Assembly (NCBI GenBank): GCA_045648785.1
Contig: JAZROP010000003.1
Location: forward strand, 7,074-71,073
DNA: 64,000 bases
Source: Clostridia bacterium
GTDB lineage: Bacteria; Bacillota; Clostridia; RUG12999
Reading direction: 5' to 3'
In this document: one piece after another, positions 9,822 to 19,540 of the stretch
Layout: every line of letters starts with the position of its first letter
Position numbering within the stretch: position 1 is the stretch's first letter
Notes under the pieces: generated by a model
Database searches by the model: none
Told to the model about the DNA's origin: nothing
What the model saw: the letters and a program-made list of their open reading frames with translations, nothing else
Program-made: the position numbers and the translations under genes

Positions 9822-9850
9822 TTGACTAGCCCGGTATATTATGTTATAAT
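9822..9850 (+). promoter_or_regulatory. Sigma-A-type promoter TTGACT-17-TATAAT for the Cys-rich hypothetical gene
   Basis: TTGACT at 9822-9827 and TATAAT at 9845-9850. Confidence 0.45.
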
Positions 9851-9911
9851 TTCGGTATTAATGATGCATAAATTGATGCTAGCAAATAATTGTCCGTAAG
9901 GAAGTGAAACT

Positions 9912-10646
9912 ATGAAAGAAACAATTTACACAATACCTATAAATGAAGCGTTGGAAAAGGAATGTTTTTGTCCGCTTTGTGAGATGTATAAGGAACTTGA
10001 AAAGTCAGAGGTTAAATATGCAGTGGGTCCTGCTATGATGGAACCGGATTTCCGTGAAATAACCAATAAAAAAGGATTTTGTAAAAAGCACATTGCAGAT
10101 TTAAATGCTGAAAGCAAGGCACTTGCACTTGCCTTGGTCTTTGACACTCATATTGCCGAAATTAAAAAGATTTTTGACACTGATATGTCGGAAAAAAAGG
10201 GACTATTCAAAAAAGGTGATAATGAAGCAGAAAAATTTGTAAGCGAGCTTAACCGCATTGCAAAATCGTGTGTTATTTGCGAGAGAATAAAAAGCACATT
10301 CAAAAGGTACATAGACAATTTTGTTTATCTTTTGAAAAAGGACGAAGAATTTCTGGAAAAAGTTCTTAAAACAGATGGATTTTGTATGGAACATTTTTCT
10401 ATGCTTGCAAAAAAAGCAAAAGAAGAATTTTCCACTGCCGATTTTAAAAAGTGTTTTATGCCTATTGCAGAGCACCAAAAAAAGCGAGTAGAGCAGGCTC
10501 ACAAATATATCAAAAACTTTGTGAACAGCTTTGACTACCGAAATGCGGGTAAACCTATTGATGCCCCAAAAAACATTCTTATGCAGACAAGCTACCTTTT
10601 AAACGGAGAATTTGAGCCGAAAGAGAAAAAACTTGACAACATATAA
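9912..10646 (+). CDS. Hypothetical protein with an internally duplicated C-x2-C ... FC-x-x-H motif (putative zinc-binding; uncharacterised DUF)
   Basis: 244 aa. Repeat 1 is CPLCEMY...GFCKKH and repeat 2 is CVICERI...GFCMEH. It is lysine-rich, has no TM or signal peptide, and has its own promoter and flanking terminators. Confidence 0.6.
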   Translation: MKETIYTIPINEALEKECFCPLCEMYKELEKSEVKYAVGPAMMEPDFREITNKKGFCKKHIADLNAESKALALALVFDTHIAEIKKIFDTDMSEKKGLFKKGDNEAEKFVSELNRIAKSCVICERIKSTFKRYIDNFVYLLKKDEEFLEKVLKTDGFCMEHFSMLAKKAKEEFSTADFKKCFMPIAEHQKKRVEQAHKYIKNFVNSFDYRNAGKPIDAPKNILMQTSYLLNGEFEPKEKKLDNI

Positions 10647-10690
10647 AAAGAGGCGTTGCTTTAGAGCAATGCCTCTTTGAAATTTTACTG
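10646..10690. terminator. Bidirectional rho-independent terminator between convergent genes
   Basis: AGAGGCGTTGCT-TTAG-AGCAATGCCTCT flanked by an A-run and a T-run. Confidence 0.65.
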
Positions 10691-12628
10691 AGTTATAAGT
10701 ACCGTGCTTGTTGCATCATCCCATACAACCTTGCAGTCAAAACTTTCCGCAATGGCTCTGACGGGGACAAGAGTGCGACCGTTTACCACAAATGACGGAA
10801 CATCAAATGAGAATATTTTGCCATTTTTGAATATGTTACTGTTGCCGATTGTTGCAGAAACAGAGGTTGCGCCTTTAACACCGCTTGCGGTCTGGGGAGC
10901 TTCGTCCCATGAAACTGTTGCACCCAACTTTTCAAAAATTGCCCGGAGCGGTACCATGGTCCTATCACGGTAAAGTATGGGTTGTTGGTCAAATTTAACT
11001 TCATCGCCATTAACCTTTACGGTGATTTTTTGTGCCTGGCCAGCAGCTTTATTAATTATAATCTGTTTTTCGAACTGACCTCCGGAACTTCCGGCAGCTA
11101 CAACGGTGAGGGTGTGCTGACCGTTAGGCAGGTCTGATAAATCTACGGTTGTGCAGAATGGCATTTTTTCGGAATAACCTTTGAGTGTATTTCCGATATA
11201 GTAGGAAACGCTTACTATATCCTCAGCGTAAAGGTGAGCATAAGTGTAAAGATTAAGATAATCTCCGCAGTAAAATCCGTCAGTTACTTCATTATAGGCA
11301 AATGAGGAATTATTTAATGTACTATCTTGAATAAATCTGCCTGTTTTGGTCATTTTCAGGTATTCTGTCTGAAGTTTTGGAGTGTTGCTGAGTGCAAAGT
11401 TGTTGACTTCACCGGGCATTACTCTGTCAAAATGAGCAATAAGCTTAACCTGAGGATAAACCATAGGAATGTAGTTGTAGAATTCGTTTAACCGTTTGAT
11501 TGCCCAGTCGGTTGTATCTTCACCGTTGGTGCGGACAAGACTGGTAAAGCCGGATTCAGAAATCATAATAGGTTTTCTGTTGCCGTAACGGGAAATGATA
11601 TCCTGCACGGCAAGAACCGGGTCTGAATTTATACCCGTTTTAAACACAACCTCGGTATAATCGTCATTAATATTGGGGTTGCCCTGAAAATATTTCTGAG
11701 AATATGCAGACATACCAACCCAGTCAACATATTCATCACCGGGATAATAGTCGTCAACATTTGTATATGCACCTGAAACCTGATTGGGGCTGAACACCAT
11801 TGCAACATTTGAATTTCTTGATTTGAAAAAGTTTGAAACATGACGGAAAGCCTGTGCGTACGCGGCAGGATCAGCCATATTAGTCCAAACATCAAATTCA
11901 GCACCAAATCTTAAAAATACCGGAACGGTGGGGAACCCAGCAAAAAGTTCAGAAATCTGATACAAGTTGTTGTCGCCATAGTTTCCGGCAGAAATATCAT
12001 AACCTTCATTTGGACAGTTAAGTGCAAATTCAACTGCAATGCCCGATGAGGCCGCTTCACCCATAATTTTCTTTTGGAGTTCGGTTACTGCTGAGCCAAG
12101 CTCGTGATACAGGATAATCATAGATTCATTATCGGTAAGTTTATTTCTTGTTCCGCCGTCAGCGTTCACACCATATAAAATACCATTATTGGGTTCGTTT
12201 TTTGCACCATAATAGACGGAGGGAATTCCGTCAGTAAAAATTCTGATCTGAGGGCGGTATTGCAAAACCTTTGCTTGTGCAATTTTCACACCGTCATCCC
12301 AACCGAGTTTCTGACCATACGGAATATATTTTTCAAAGGCCTGGGCACTTTTTGCATAATCGCAAGTTCTGGCATAAGCTTCGCCGATGGCATTAAGCCT
12401 TGAACCGAGAACATTTAAAGTGTTATCATTGAGAGGCTCCTTTTCCATAAGCTCAACTGCTTTGTTACCGTGCTCAATTATTCCTGCGTCATTGCCGGTT
12501 TCAACCGCGGAAACATAAGCGTCATTAATTGCCCAGAAAGCCTGTGGGAATTTATATGCAAAAGCAACCTGAGGCATGAGCGAAAAAATCATTATAAGTA
12601 TAAGTGCTGTGTAAAAAAATCTTTTCAT
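10685..12628 (-). CDS. Secreted clan GH-A glycoside hydrolase (GH26-like mannanase-type catalytic region) with C-terminal copper-amine-oxidase-N-terminal-like stalk domains
   Basis: Signal peptide MKRFFYTALILIMIFSLMPQVAFA. Motifs VFLRFGAEFD (acid/base-like), EYVDWVGMSAY and PIMISESGF (nucleophile-like). The C-terminus has VPLRAIFEKLGATVSWD and VPVRAIAESFDCKVVWDD repeats. Start at 12628 has RBS AAGGAGAA. The ORF-track start at 12691 lies 21 codons upstream of the signal peptide. Confidence 0.55.
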   Translation of the reverse strand: MKRFFYTALILIMIFSLMPQVAFAYKFPQAFWAINDAYVSAVETGNDAGIIEHGNKAVELMEKEPLNDNTLNVLGSRLNAIGEAYARTCDYAKSAQAFEKYIPYGQKLGWDDGVKIAQAKVLQYRPQIRIFTDGIPSVYYGAKNEPNNGILYGVNADGGTRNKLTDNESMIILYHELGSAVTELQKKIMGEAASSGIAVEFALNCPNEGYDISAGNYGDNNLYQISELFAGFPTVPVFLRFGAEFDVWTNMADPAAYAQAFRHVSNFFKSRNSNVAMVFSPNQVSGAYTNVDDYYPGDEYVDWVGMSAYSQKYFQGNPNINDDYTEVVFKTGINSDPVLAVQDIISRYGNRKPIMISESGFTSLVRTNGEDTTDWAIKRLNEFYNYIPMVYPQVKLIAHFDRVMPGEVNNFALSNTPKLQTEYLKMTKTGRFIQDSTLNNSSFAYNEVTDGFYCGDYLNLYTYAHLYAEDIVSVSYYIGNTLKGYSEKMPFCTTVDLSDLPNGQHTLTVVAAGSSGGQFEKQIIINKAAGQAQKITVKVNGDEVKFDQQPILYRDRTMVPLRAIFEKLGATVSWDEAPQTASGVKGATSVSATIGNSNIFKNGKIFSFDVPSFVVNGRTLVPVRAIAESFDCKVVWDDATSTVLITQ

Positions 12629-12705
12629 ACCATTCTCCTTGGATGTTTTTTGTGATTTAATATTACCATAAAAAAAGAAATTTGGCAACAATAATCAGAA
12701 TTTTT

Positions 12706-13209
12706 CTATATATTTTCAGCTTCTCCGACACCAAGGATATGAACAATACGGATTTTTTCATAATTGTAGGTTGAAAGTGGACGATTACGGGCGTCATAAC
12801 TGTGAGCGGAAATGAGTATGCGACGGTCGCCGCGAAATCTGGGACGAAGACCTGTAACAATCATGGTATGGGTGAAATTCACCCCGTCAAAACTGAGCTG
12901 AATAACATCACCTGGCAGAGCATTTACAAGAGAGGTATCTTCGCCAAAGGGACCGGGACCGGTGTTGGTGGTGAGAAAATTATATAGAAATTCCACACCC
13001 GTCCAGGAGGGACTGCGGTTGTCGGGGGATATAAAGTACCAGCCAAAGGTGGGGGTAAAATTCATAACTCCGCTTCCGGCGTACAGGCTTTGTGATACAA
13101 AATTGGTGCAGTCACCACCAATATCGCTGAAATCATAGTAAAAAGGATTGCGACTGAAGGCCCAGAAAAGAGCATACAGCACGGCTTCGGTACGATTGTA
13201 AGGCAGCAT
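12706..13209 (-). CDS. Putative amidase-domain protein (NlpC/P60/CHAP-like papain-fold cysteine peptidase/amidase)
   Basis: 167 aa. GGDCTNFVSQSLYAGSG is a catalytic-Cys-like motif. No signal peptide. RBS GGAGAAG. Confidence 0.55.
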   Translation of the reverse strand: MLPYNRTEAVLYALFWAFSRNPFYYDFSDIGGDCTNFVSQSLYAGSGVMNFTPTFGWYFISPDNRSPSWTGVEFLYNFLTTNTGPGPFGEDTSLVNALPGDVIQLSFDGVNFTHTMIVTGLRPRFRGDRRILISAHSYDARNRPLSTYNYEKIRIVHILGVGEAENI

Positions 13210-13271
13210 ATTTCTTCTCCTTTACAAAAAAATATCCGCTACATTATATGCAGCGGATGATAGCTTTGTTA

Positions 13272-13955
13272 TTACATAAACAAACACAGCATGATGGGAA
13301 GAAATATTGCCGGTATGTAGTTCATAATTTTTATTTTTGTAATTCCAAGAAGATTAAGCCCAAGACCAATTAACAGAATGGAGCCGGCACAGGTCATTTC
13401 TGCAATTGCTGCATCATTTAAAAATGGTGCAATGATTTCCGACAGGAGAGTGATTGTGCCCTGATATATAAACAGGATTACGCTTGAAAACAGCACTCCA
13501 ATACCCATGGAGGAGGCAAAAACTATCGAGGAAATAAAGTCCAGCAGAGATTTTGTATATAAAGTCTGATTATCTCCGGTCAGACCGCTCTGAAGAGCAC
13601 CGACAATTGCCATTGCTCCCACACAGAATAAAAGAGACGAGGAAATAAATCCTCCTGCAAATGATATTTTTTCGCCCGGTTTTTTGTTAAAGCGATTCTC
13701 AATGTGCTCTCCCAAACTATTAAGCCTTCCGTCAAGATCCAAAAGGGTGCCTAAAATGGCACCTAAGGCTATGGATATGACGGCAATAAGTGGATTGTTT
13801 CCTTCAAGACAGCCATCTATACCAAGGTAGATTACACAGAGCCCTACGCCTGTCATAACGGCGTCTGAAAGTTGTCTGGGGAGTCCTTTTTTTAAACAAA
13901 TTCCTATAAGACTACCGGCTATTACGGCACCGGCATTTACTATTGTTCCGAGCAT
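13272..13955 (-). CDS. DUF554-family (YqgA-like) integral membrane protein
   Basis: 227 aa, polytopic. The N-terminus MLGTIVNAGAVIAGSLIG and GIDG/LDLDG repeats resemble DUF554. Confidence 0.6.
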   Translation of the reverse strand: MLGTIVNAGAVIAGSLIGICLKKGLPRQLSDAVMTGVGLCVIYLGIDGCLEGNNPLIAVISIALGAILGTLLDLDGRLNSLGEHIENRFNKKPGEKISFAGGFISSSLLFCVGAMAIVGALQSGLTGDNQTLYTKSLLDFISSIVFASSMGIGVLFSSVILFIYQGTITLLSEIIAPFLNDAAIAEMTCAGSILLIGLGLNLLGITKIKIMNYIPAIFLPIMLCLFM

Positions 13956-14822
13956 TTAAAAAATCCTTCTTCCTATTGTGTGAACCACAAAGGACTCACA
14001 CTTTTTTTTCTGCATGAATATTCTGGCGTCATTGGCAAGTTTTTTATCTTTGAAAATGCCTATTACAGAGGGGCCGCTTCCGCTCATTACACTTCCGATT
14101 GCACCAAGGTCGATCATTTCCTGTTTGATTCTTTTTATATCGGAATACTGTTTTGCAGTAACGGTTTCGAGAACATTAAACATACGCACGGCAACAGCTT
14201 CGCGGTCACCGCGAACGATTGCGGAGATGACACCGTCTGTATCAGGATGCTCGGTCAGCCTGTCCGCTTTAAGATGGGAATAAACCTCAGCTGTTGAAAC
14301 ACGGACTGGTGGTTTTGCTATTAAAAAGGTTGTAGCGGGCATGTCGGGTAGGGGAGTCAAAATTTCGCCCCTGCCTTCGCAGAGAGCACATCCGCCCGAT
14401 ATACAAAAAGGAACATCCGAACCAAGTTTCTCACCCATTTTGCAAAGGTCAGCTTCGCTGAAAATATCTCCGTACATTTTGTTAAGGCCGACAAGCACGG
14501 ACGCGGCATTACTGCTTCCACCTGCAAGCCCTGCGGCTACGGGAATTGTTTTTTTGATATTGATGGTAACACCGTCATTTATTCCGGCTTTTTCAAGGAA
14601 AAGATCTGCTGCTGCAAAGGCAATATTGCGTCTGTCTGTAGGCAGATATTTCAAGTTGGTTTTAAGAAAAATCCCCTTTTCCGATTTACGCAGATTTATA
14701 CTGTCGAAAAGAGATACGGTCTGCATAATCATTCTAAGCTCGTGATAGCCATCCTCCCGTTTCCTTAAAACATCAAGAGTAAGATTGATTTTTGCATAGG
14801 ACATAATGTCAATCTGATTCAT
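13956..14822 (-). CDS. ispE: 4-diphosphocytidyl-2-C-methyl-D-erythritol kinase
   Basis: GHMP-kinase motif PVAAGLAGGSSNAASVL and N-terminus AKINLTLDV. ATG at 14822 is preceded by GAGGTG. The ORF-track start at 14831 is a GTG without an RBS. Confidence 0.85.
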   Translation of the reverse strand: MNQIDIMSYAKINLTLDVLRKREDGYHELRMIMQTVSLFDSINLRKSEKGIFLKTNLKYLPTDRRNIAFAAADLFLEKAGINDGVTINIKKTIPVAAGLAGGSSNAASVLVGLNKMYGDIFSEADLCKMGEKLGSDVPFCISGGCALCEGRGEILTPLPDMPATTFLIAKPPVRVSTAEVYSHLKADRLTEHPDTDGVISAIVRGDREAVAVRMFNVLETVTAKQYSDIKRIKQEMIDLGAIGSVMSGSGPSVIGIFKDKKLANDARIFMQKKKCESFVVHTIGRRIF

Positions 14823-14832
14823 CAACTTCACC

Positions 14833-16203
14833 TCAGAAACAAATTTTATATAAATTCTTTGTAAGTTCAGAAATATTTTTAATATAGTGAAGCTTCATTT
14901 CACCACTATAATTTCCGAGCTTGTTGGCAACGGGAAGAATACATTCAGTAAATCCCATTTTTTCAAGCTCGCTGATGCGTTTTTCTATATTGGAGACAAA
15001 TCTTATTTCACCGGTTAGCCCAACCTCTCCTATGGCAGAAACTCCTCTGCGGAGAGGGGTATTTTTCAAGGCTGAAAATACTGCAAGCATAAGCGGCAGG
15101 TCGGCGGCAGGCTCATTTATCTTAATGCCGCCTGTTACGCTGATATAAATATCGCTGGAACTGATATCAACTGACAGCTTTTTTTCGAGCACAGCAAGGT
15201 TCATTGTGGTACGGGAAAAATCTGTTCCCACAAACATTCTGCGCGGAGTGCCGAATACGGTACGGGTAACAAGAGTTTGAATTTCAGACAAAATCGGACG
15301 GGTGCCCTCTATTGCGGCAAAAGCTACCGATCCGGCAGGATTTTCCTCTCTGTCCGAAAGAGCCATCAGAGACGGATTTTTAACTTCCGCAAGACCTGTT
15401 TCAGTCATTTCAAATACACCTATCTCATTTGTAGAGCCAAAACGATTTTTTACGGCGCGAAGTATACGGTAGGATTGAAAACGATCACCCTCAAAGTATA
15501 AAACGCAATCCACCATATGTTCTAAAATACGAGGACCAGCAATGTTTCCCTCTTTGGTAACATGTCCTATTAGAATAACGGGGATACCGGACTTTTTAGC
15601 AAATTCCATAAATTTCATGCAACATTCTCGCACCTGTGAAACACTGCCCGGGGCAGATGCAGCCTCGGATGAAAACATTGTCTGGATGGAATCGACGATA
15701 AGAATATCTGATGATGACGCCTGGGCAGTTTTTATAACTGCATCTGCATCCGTATGACCAAGGAAATAAAGTCCGTCGGAATTTATGCCTAGCCTGTCGG
15801 CGCGGAGTTTTACCTGAGAGCCCGATTCTTCGCCCGAAACATAAAGTACCTTTTGACCGTCGGCAAAGTTTTTTGCCGCTTGCAGCATAAGTGTGGATTT
15901 TCCAATCCCAGGGTCTCCCCCAACCAGCACAAGAGAGCCTTTTATAAGTCCGCCTCCCAGTACACGGTCAAATTCCTCAATGCCCGATTTAATACGCTTA
16001 CCGGCGGAAACGGAGATTTCAGACAGTTTTGAAACCTTTGCTTCGGACGCAGCGACTAAGCCCGACCCGGTTTTTTTAGGTAGAACAACCTCCTCAACCA
16101 TGGAATTCCAGCTTCCGCATTCACTGCATTTGCCGAGCCATTTGGGCGAAGTATATCCGCACTGCTGACACATATATACAGTTGTTGCTTTTTTTGAGAC
16201 CAT
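14833..16203 (-). CDS. radA: DNA repair protein RadA/Sms
   Basis: Zinc finger CQQCGYTSPKWLGKCSECGSW, Walker A GDPGIGKST and a Lon-like C-terminus. RBS GGAGGA. Confidence 0.9.
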   Translation of the reverse strand: MVSKKATTVYMCQQCGYTSPKWLGKCSECGSWNSMVEEVVLPKKTGSGLVAASEAKVSKLSEISVSAGKRIKSGIEEFDRVLGGGLIKGSLVLVGGDPGIGKSTLMLQAAKNFADGQKVLYVSGEESGSQVKLRADRLGINSDGLYFLGHTDADAVIKTAQASSSDILIVDSIQTMFSSEAASAPGSVSQVRECCMKFMEFAKKSGIPVILIGHVTKEGNIAGPRILEHMVDCVLYFEGDRFQSYRILRAVKNRFGSTNEIGVFEMTETGLAEVKNPSLMALSDREENPAGSVAFAAIEGTRPILSEIQTLVTRTVFGTPRRMFVGTDFSRTTMNLAVLEKKLSVDISSSDIYISVTGGIKINEPAADLPLMLAVFSALKNTPLRRGVSAIGEVGLTGEIRFVSNIEKRISELEKMGFTECILPVANKLGNYSGEMKLHYIKNISELTKNLYKICF

Positions 16204-16345
16204 AATATCCTCCGGAAGTATAAATTAATAAAATATATTTTATCACAAATATTGCCTTTTGACAAGAATCATATATAAAAATTAATAAAAAAGGAAGCGG
16301 GACAATATAAATTAATGTTGAAAAAGGCAAAAAAGAATAAAAGAC

Positions 16346-16374
16346 TTGACTTTTTAAAATGTTGGTGTTACAAT
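16346..16374 (+). promoter_or_regulatory. Sigma-A-type promoter TTGACT-17-TACAAT for the GT2 gene (divergent from radA)
   Basis: Read directly from the sequence. Confidence 0.45.
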
Positions 16375-16413
16375 TATGATGCCTTAGTTTGGGGCTTGGA
16401 AAAAATGAGGTAA

Positions 16414-17688
16414 ATGGAGGAGAAAGATTTGGAAAACAACACAATACTTTTTAATATTTTTCTGGTTATTCAGATTATTTCGTATGGACTGACCTTTTAT
16501 TACCTTTTTACAACATTCTTTGCATGGATTCCCAAAAAGAAGACAGAGGATGTTTCGGACAAAGAGCACACCTATGCTCTGATTGTTGCGGCGCATAACG
16601 AAGAGGTAGTTATTCCGCAGATGGTGAAGAGCTTAAAACAACTTGACTATAATCCGGATAAATATGAAATTTTTGTTATAGCTGATAACTGTACGGATAA
16701 TACAGCAGCGGCAGCCCGTGAAGCAGGCGCACAGGTTTTTGAACGCTTCCATGATACCTTGAGAGGTAAAGGCCATGCTCTTGAATGGATGTTTGAAAAA
16801 ATCTATGCTATGGACCGTGAGTTTGATAATATCTGTATCTTTGATGCGGATAATGTTGTTTCAAAGAACTTCCTTAGAGAAATCAATAAAATTCATAATA
16901 AAGGCTACAGAGTTGTTCAGGGTAACATTGAAAGTAAAAACCCTTACGACTCATGGATTGCTACAGCTTACAGCATATCATTCTGGATGACAGGGAAAAT
17001 ATTCCAGCAGGCAAGATATAATATAAATATGTCATGTCAGCTCAGCGGCACAGGTTTTTCTGTTGCGGTTCCGCTTTTAAAAGAACTTGGCTGGGGAGCA
17101 ACCTGTCTTACTGAGGATATGGAATTTACAGCTAAGCTCATATTAAACAATGAAAAAGTAGGTTGGGCGCATACTGCTTATGTTTATGATGAAAAACCCC
17201 TTACACTTGCTCAGTCATGGAAACAGAGAAAAAGATGGATGCAGGGTCATGCGGATGTTTGTTCAAGATTTGCTGTAAAGCTTTTTGTAAAAGCAATTAA
17301 GGACAGAGATATGTCTGCACTCGACTGTGCGATTTATGTTTTAAACCCTCTGAAAATCCTTGCACTTGGTGTAATTACCGTAACAGGATTTTTTGGCATG
17401 GCATTCCCCGAATCTGTTATCAACAGCTGGTCGCTTTATCACCTGATAGATGCTCCCGCGATTTGGGCAGTACTTTCGGCGTTTACATTGCTTTATACCC
17501 CTATTGTTGTTACCTACGAAAGACGGGAGTTTAACTGGAAACTGTTCTGGAACTACCTGACATATGGCATCTATTCACTTACATGGATTCCAATTACAAT
17601 CCAAGGACTTATCAATAAAAACAAGACCGAATGGTCACACACTGCACATGTCAGAACAATTGACATTGCAGAGGTTGAAAAACAGTAA
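16414..17688 (+). CDS. Family 2 glycosyltransferase, membrane-integrated processive type (cellulose-synthase/PgaC-like fold)
   Basis: 424 aa. N-terminal TM, GT-A motifs ALIVAAHNEEVV...FVIADNCTDNT...FDADN, a QxxRW-like QRKRWMQG, and C-terminal TM helices. Confidence 0.75.
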   Translation: MEEKDLENNTILFNIFLVIQIISYGLTFYYLFTTFFAWIPKKKTEDVSDKEHTYALIVAAHNEEVVIPQMVKSLKQLDYNPDKYEIFVIADNCTDNTAAAAREAGAQVFERFHDTLRGKGHALEWMFEKIYAMDREFDNICIFDADNVVSKNFLREINKIHNKGYRVVQGNIESKNPYDSWIATAYSISFWMTGKIFQQARYNINMSCQLSGTGFSVAVPLLKELGWGATCLTEDMEFTAKLILNNEKVGWAHTAYVYDEKPLTLAQSWKQRKRWMQGHADVCSRFAVKLFVKAIKDRDMSALDCAIYVLNPLKILALGVITVTGFFGMAFPESVINSWSLYHLIDAPAIWAVLSAFTLLYTPIVVTYERREFNWKLFWNYLTYGIYSLTWIPITIQGLINKNKTEWSHTAHVRTIDIAEVEKQ

Positions 17689-17694
17689 AATTTT

Positions 17695-17722
17695 GACGGA
17701 GCAAAGCTCCGTCTTTTTTTAC
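17695..17722 (+). terminator. Rho-independent terminator after the GT2 gene
   Basis: GACGGAGC-AAA-GCTCCGTC followed by TTTTTTT. Confidence 0.65.
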
Positions 17723-17843
17723 AAAATTTTAAAAAACTATTGTTAAATTTTCCTGTGTATGATACAATAAAAAAGTAAATTTGATAAACTATTTGTTTGG
17801 AAAATAAATGCGGATTATACATTTATGTGAAAAAGGATGACAT

Positions 17844-18866
17844 ATGAAAATGAGTATGATAAATTCAAATAGCCATACGGACAGACATGAGTGGTCTATA
17901 AGTTTTTCGCGAATGATAGCAATGATGTTTATAATTATTTGTCATTTCTTTCAATATTATGGTAATGAACTTGCATTTTGGTTTAATGTGGGAGTGCAGA
18001 TGTTTTTTTGTATCAGCGGATTTTTATATGGACAAAAGCAGATTAAAAACCCATTGGATTTTATAGTTAAGAATTTTAAGAAGATTCTTGTTCCTTACTT
18101 CTGCTTTTTATTGCCGGCGATAATGCTCTATTTTTTGTTTGCAAGAGGATACATCAGTTTTGCTTCTGCCGTAAGAGCGGTGTTGTGTAGTGGGACCATT
18201 GATGGAATTGGACATTTGTGGTTTATAAGCTATATACTTTTTTGTTATGTTATTACACCGTATCTCTATGCCTTTTGTGATAAACTTAAAGGTTTTAAAT
18301 GTAAATATGTACTGGTGATCTTCCTCTTTGTTTTAATGCTTGGACAAGTTCTTTTTATTGTACATGGCTCGTTTTTTGTGTTTAGCAGACTATGTTGCTA
18401 TATAATTGGATATTTCTTATCATTCCTGCTAAATCAATATGGGTATGGATTGTTTAAACTACTCTCATATATTTTGAGCAGTGTTTGTTTTGTTGCCAAT
18501 GCCGTAAGAATTGTATTTAAATACTTATTGCAACATTATTTTTGGGGATTTAATTATTTTGAACAATATTCTCATGTATTGCTGGGGATATCGATATTTC
18601 TAATTATCTATATTCTCCTCAAAAACATTAAAAAAAGCAATCTGCTAATAATATCTGATAAATATTCGTACTACATATATATCGTACATCAATTATTAAT
18701 TTTAAGTCCGTTTTCTTTAATGGCGATTACGCCATACATGTACTTGAATTGGATTTTGGTAGTGTTTGGTATAGTTGTACTTGCAATATTGTTAAAAATT
18801 GTTTCGGACAAGGCAGCAAATTTAGTAACTGTTATTGAAAAGCTTTTTGAAAGACATCTTGTGTAG
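17844..18866 (+). CDS. Acyltransferase family 3 (OatA/OafA-like O-acyltransferase) membrane protein
   Basis: 340 aa, approximately 10 TM helices. The N-terminus FSRMIAMMFIIICHFFQYY is typical of Acyl_transf_3. Confidence 0.7.
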   Translation: MKMSMINSNSHTDRHEWSISFSRMIAMMFIIICHFFQYYGNELAFWFNVGVQMFFCISGFLYGQKQIKNPLDFIVKNFKKILVPYFCFLLPAIMLYFLFARGYISFASAVRAVLCSGTIDGIGHLWFISYILFCYVITPYLYAFCDKLKGFKCKYVLVIFLFVLMLGQVLFIVHGSFFVFSRLCCYIIGYFLSFLLNQYGYGLFKLLSYILSSVCFVANAVRIVFKYLLQHYFWGFNYFEQYSHVLLGISIFLIIYILLKNIKKSNLLIISDKYSYYIYIVHQLLILSPFSLMAITPYMYLNWILVVFGIVVLAILLKIVSDKAANLVTVIEKLFERHLV

Positions 18867-18940
18867 CAAAAAATGTCTAAATAATACGATTTATAAATAA
18901 TTTTATTATAATATTTATTTTTTAAAAGGAGGAATTAATT

Positions 18941-19480
18941 ATGGCAAATCTTAAAGGTACAAAAACAGAAGCAAACTTAATGGCGGCTTTCGCAGGGGAG
19001 TCACAGGCAACAAATAAATACAGATATTATGCTTCCAAGGCGAAAAAAGACGGTTTTGTACAGATAGCAAATATTTTTGAAGAAACAGCAAACAACGAAA
19101 AAGAACATGCAAAAATCTGGTTCAAACTTCTTCATGATGGTATAGGGTCAACAATGGACAACTTAGCTGATGCTGCTGCAGGTGAAAATTATGAATGGAC
19201 AGATATGTACGCTACTTTTGCAAAGGAAGCACGCGAAGAAGGCTTTGAGCATATTGCAACCCTTTTTGAGGGGGTTGCGGCAATTGAAAAAGAACATGAA
19301 GAAAGATATCGCAAACTTCTTAAAAATATTGAGGATGAGGTTGTTTTCTCAAAAGATGGGGATGTTATCTGGCACTGCGCTAACTGTGGTCACATTGTAA
19401 TAGGCAAAAAAGCACCCGAAGTTTGCCCGGTTTGTGCACATCCTCAGGCATATTTCCAGGTTAAGGCGGAAAATTATTAA
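18941..19480 (+). CDS. rbr: Rubrerythrin
   Basis: Diiron four-helix-bundle motifs (E..EH x2) plus a C-terminal rubredoxin-like CANCGH...CPVCAH. RBS AAGGAGG. Confidence 0.9.
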   Translation: MANLKGTKTEANLMAAFAGESQATNKYRYYASKAKKDGFVQIANIFEETANNEKEHAKIWFKLLHDGIGSTMDNLADAAAGENYEWTDMYATFAKEAREEGFEHIATLFEGVAAIEKEHEERYRKLLKNIEDEVVFSKDGDVIWHCANCGHIVIGKKAPEVCPVCAHPQAYFQVKAENY

Positions 19481-19540
19481 TGGAATATTCTTCTGTGTGT
19501 ATGCACAAAATAGTGTAAAAACATAAAGAGAGGCAAAAAA

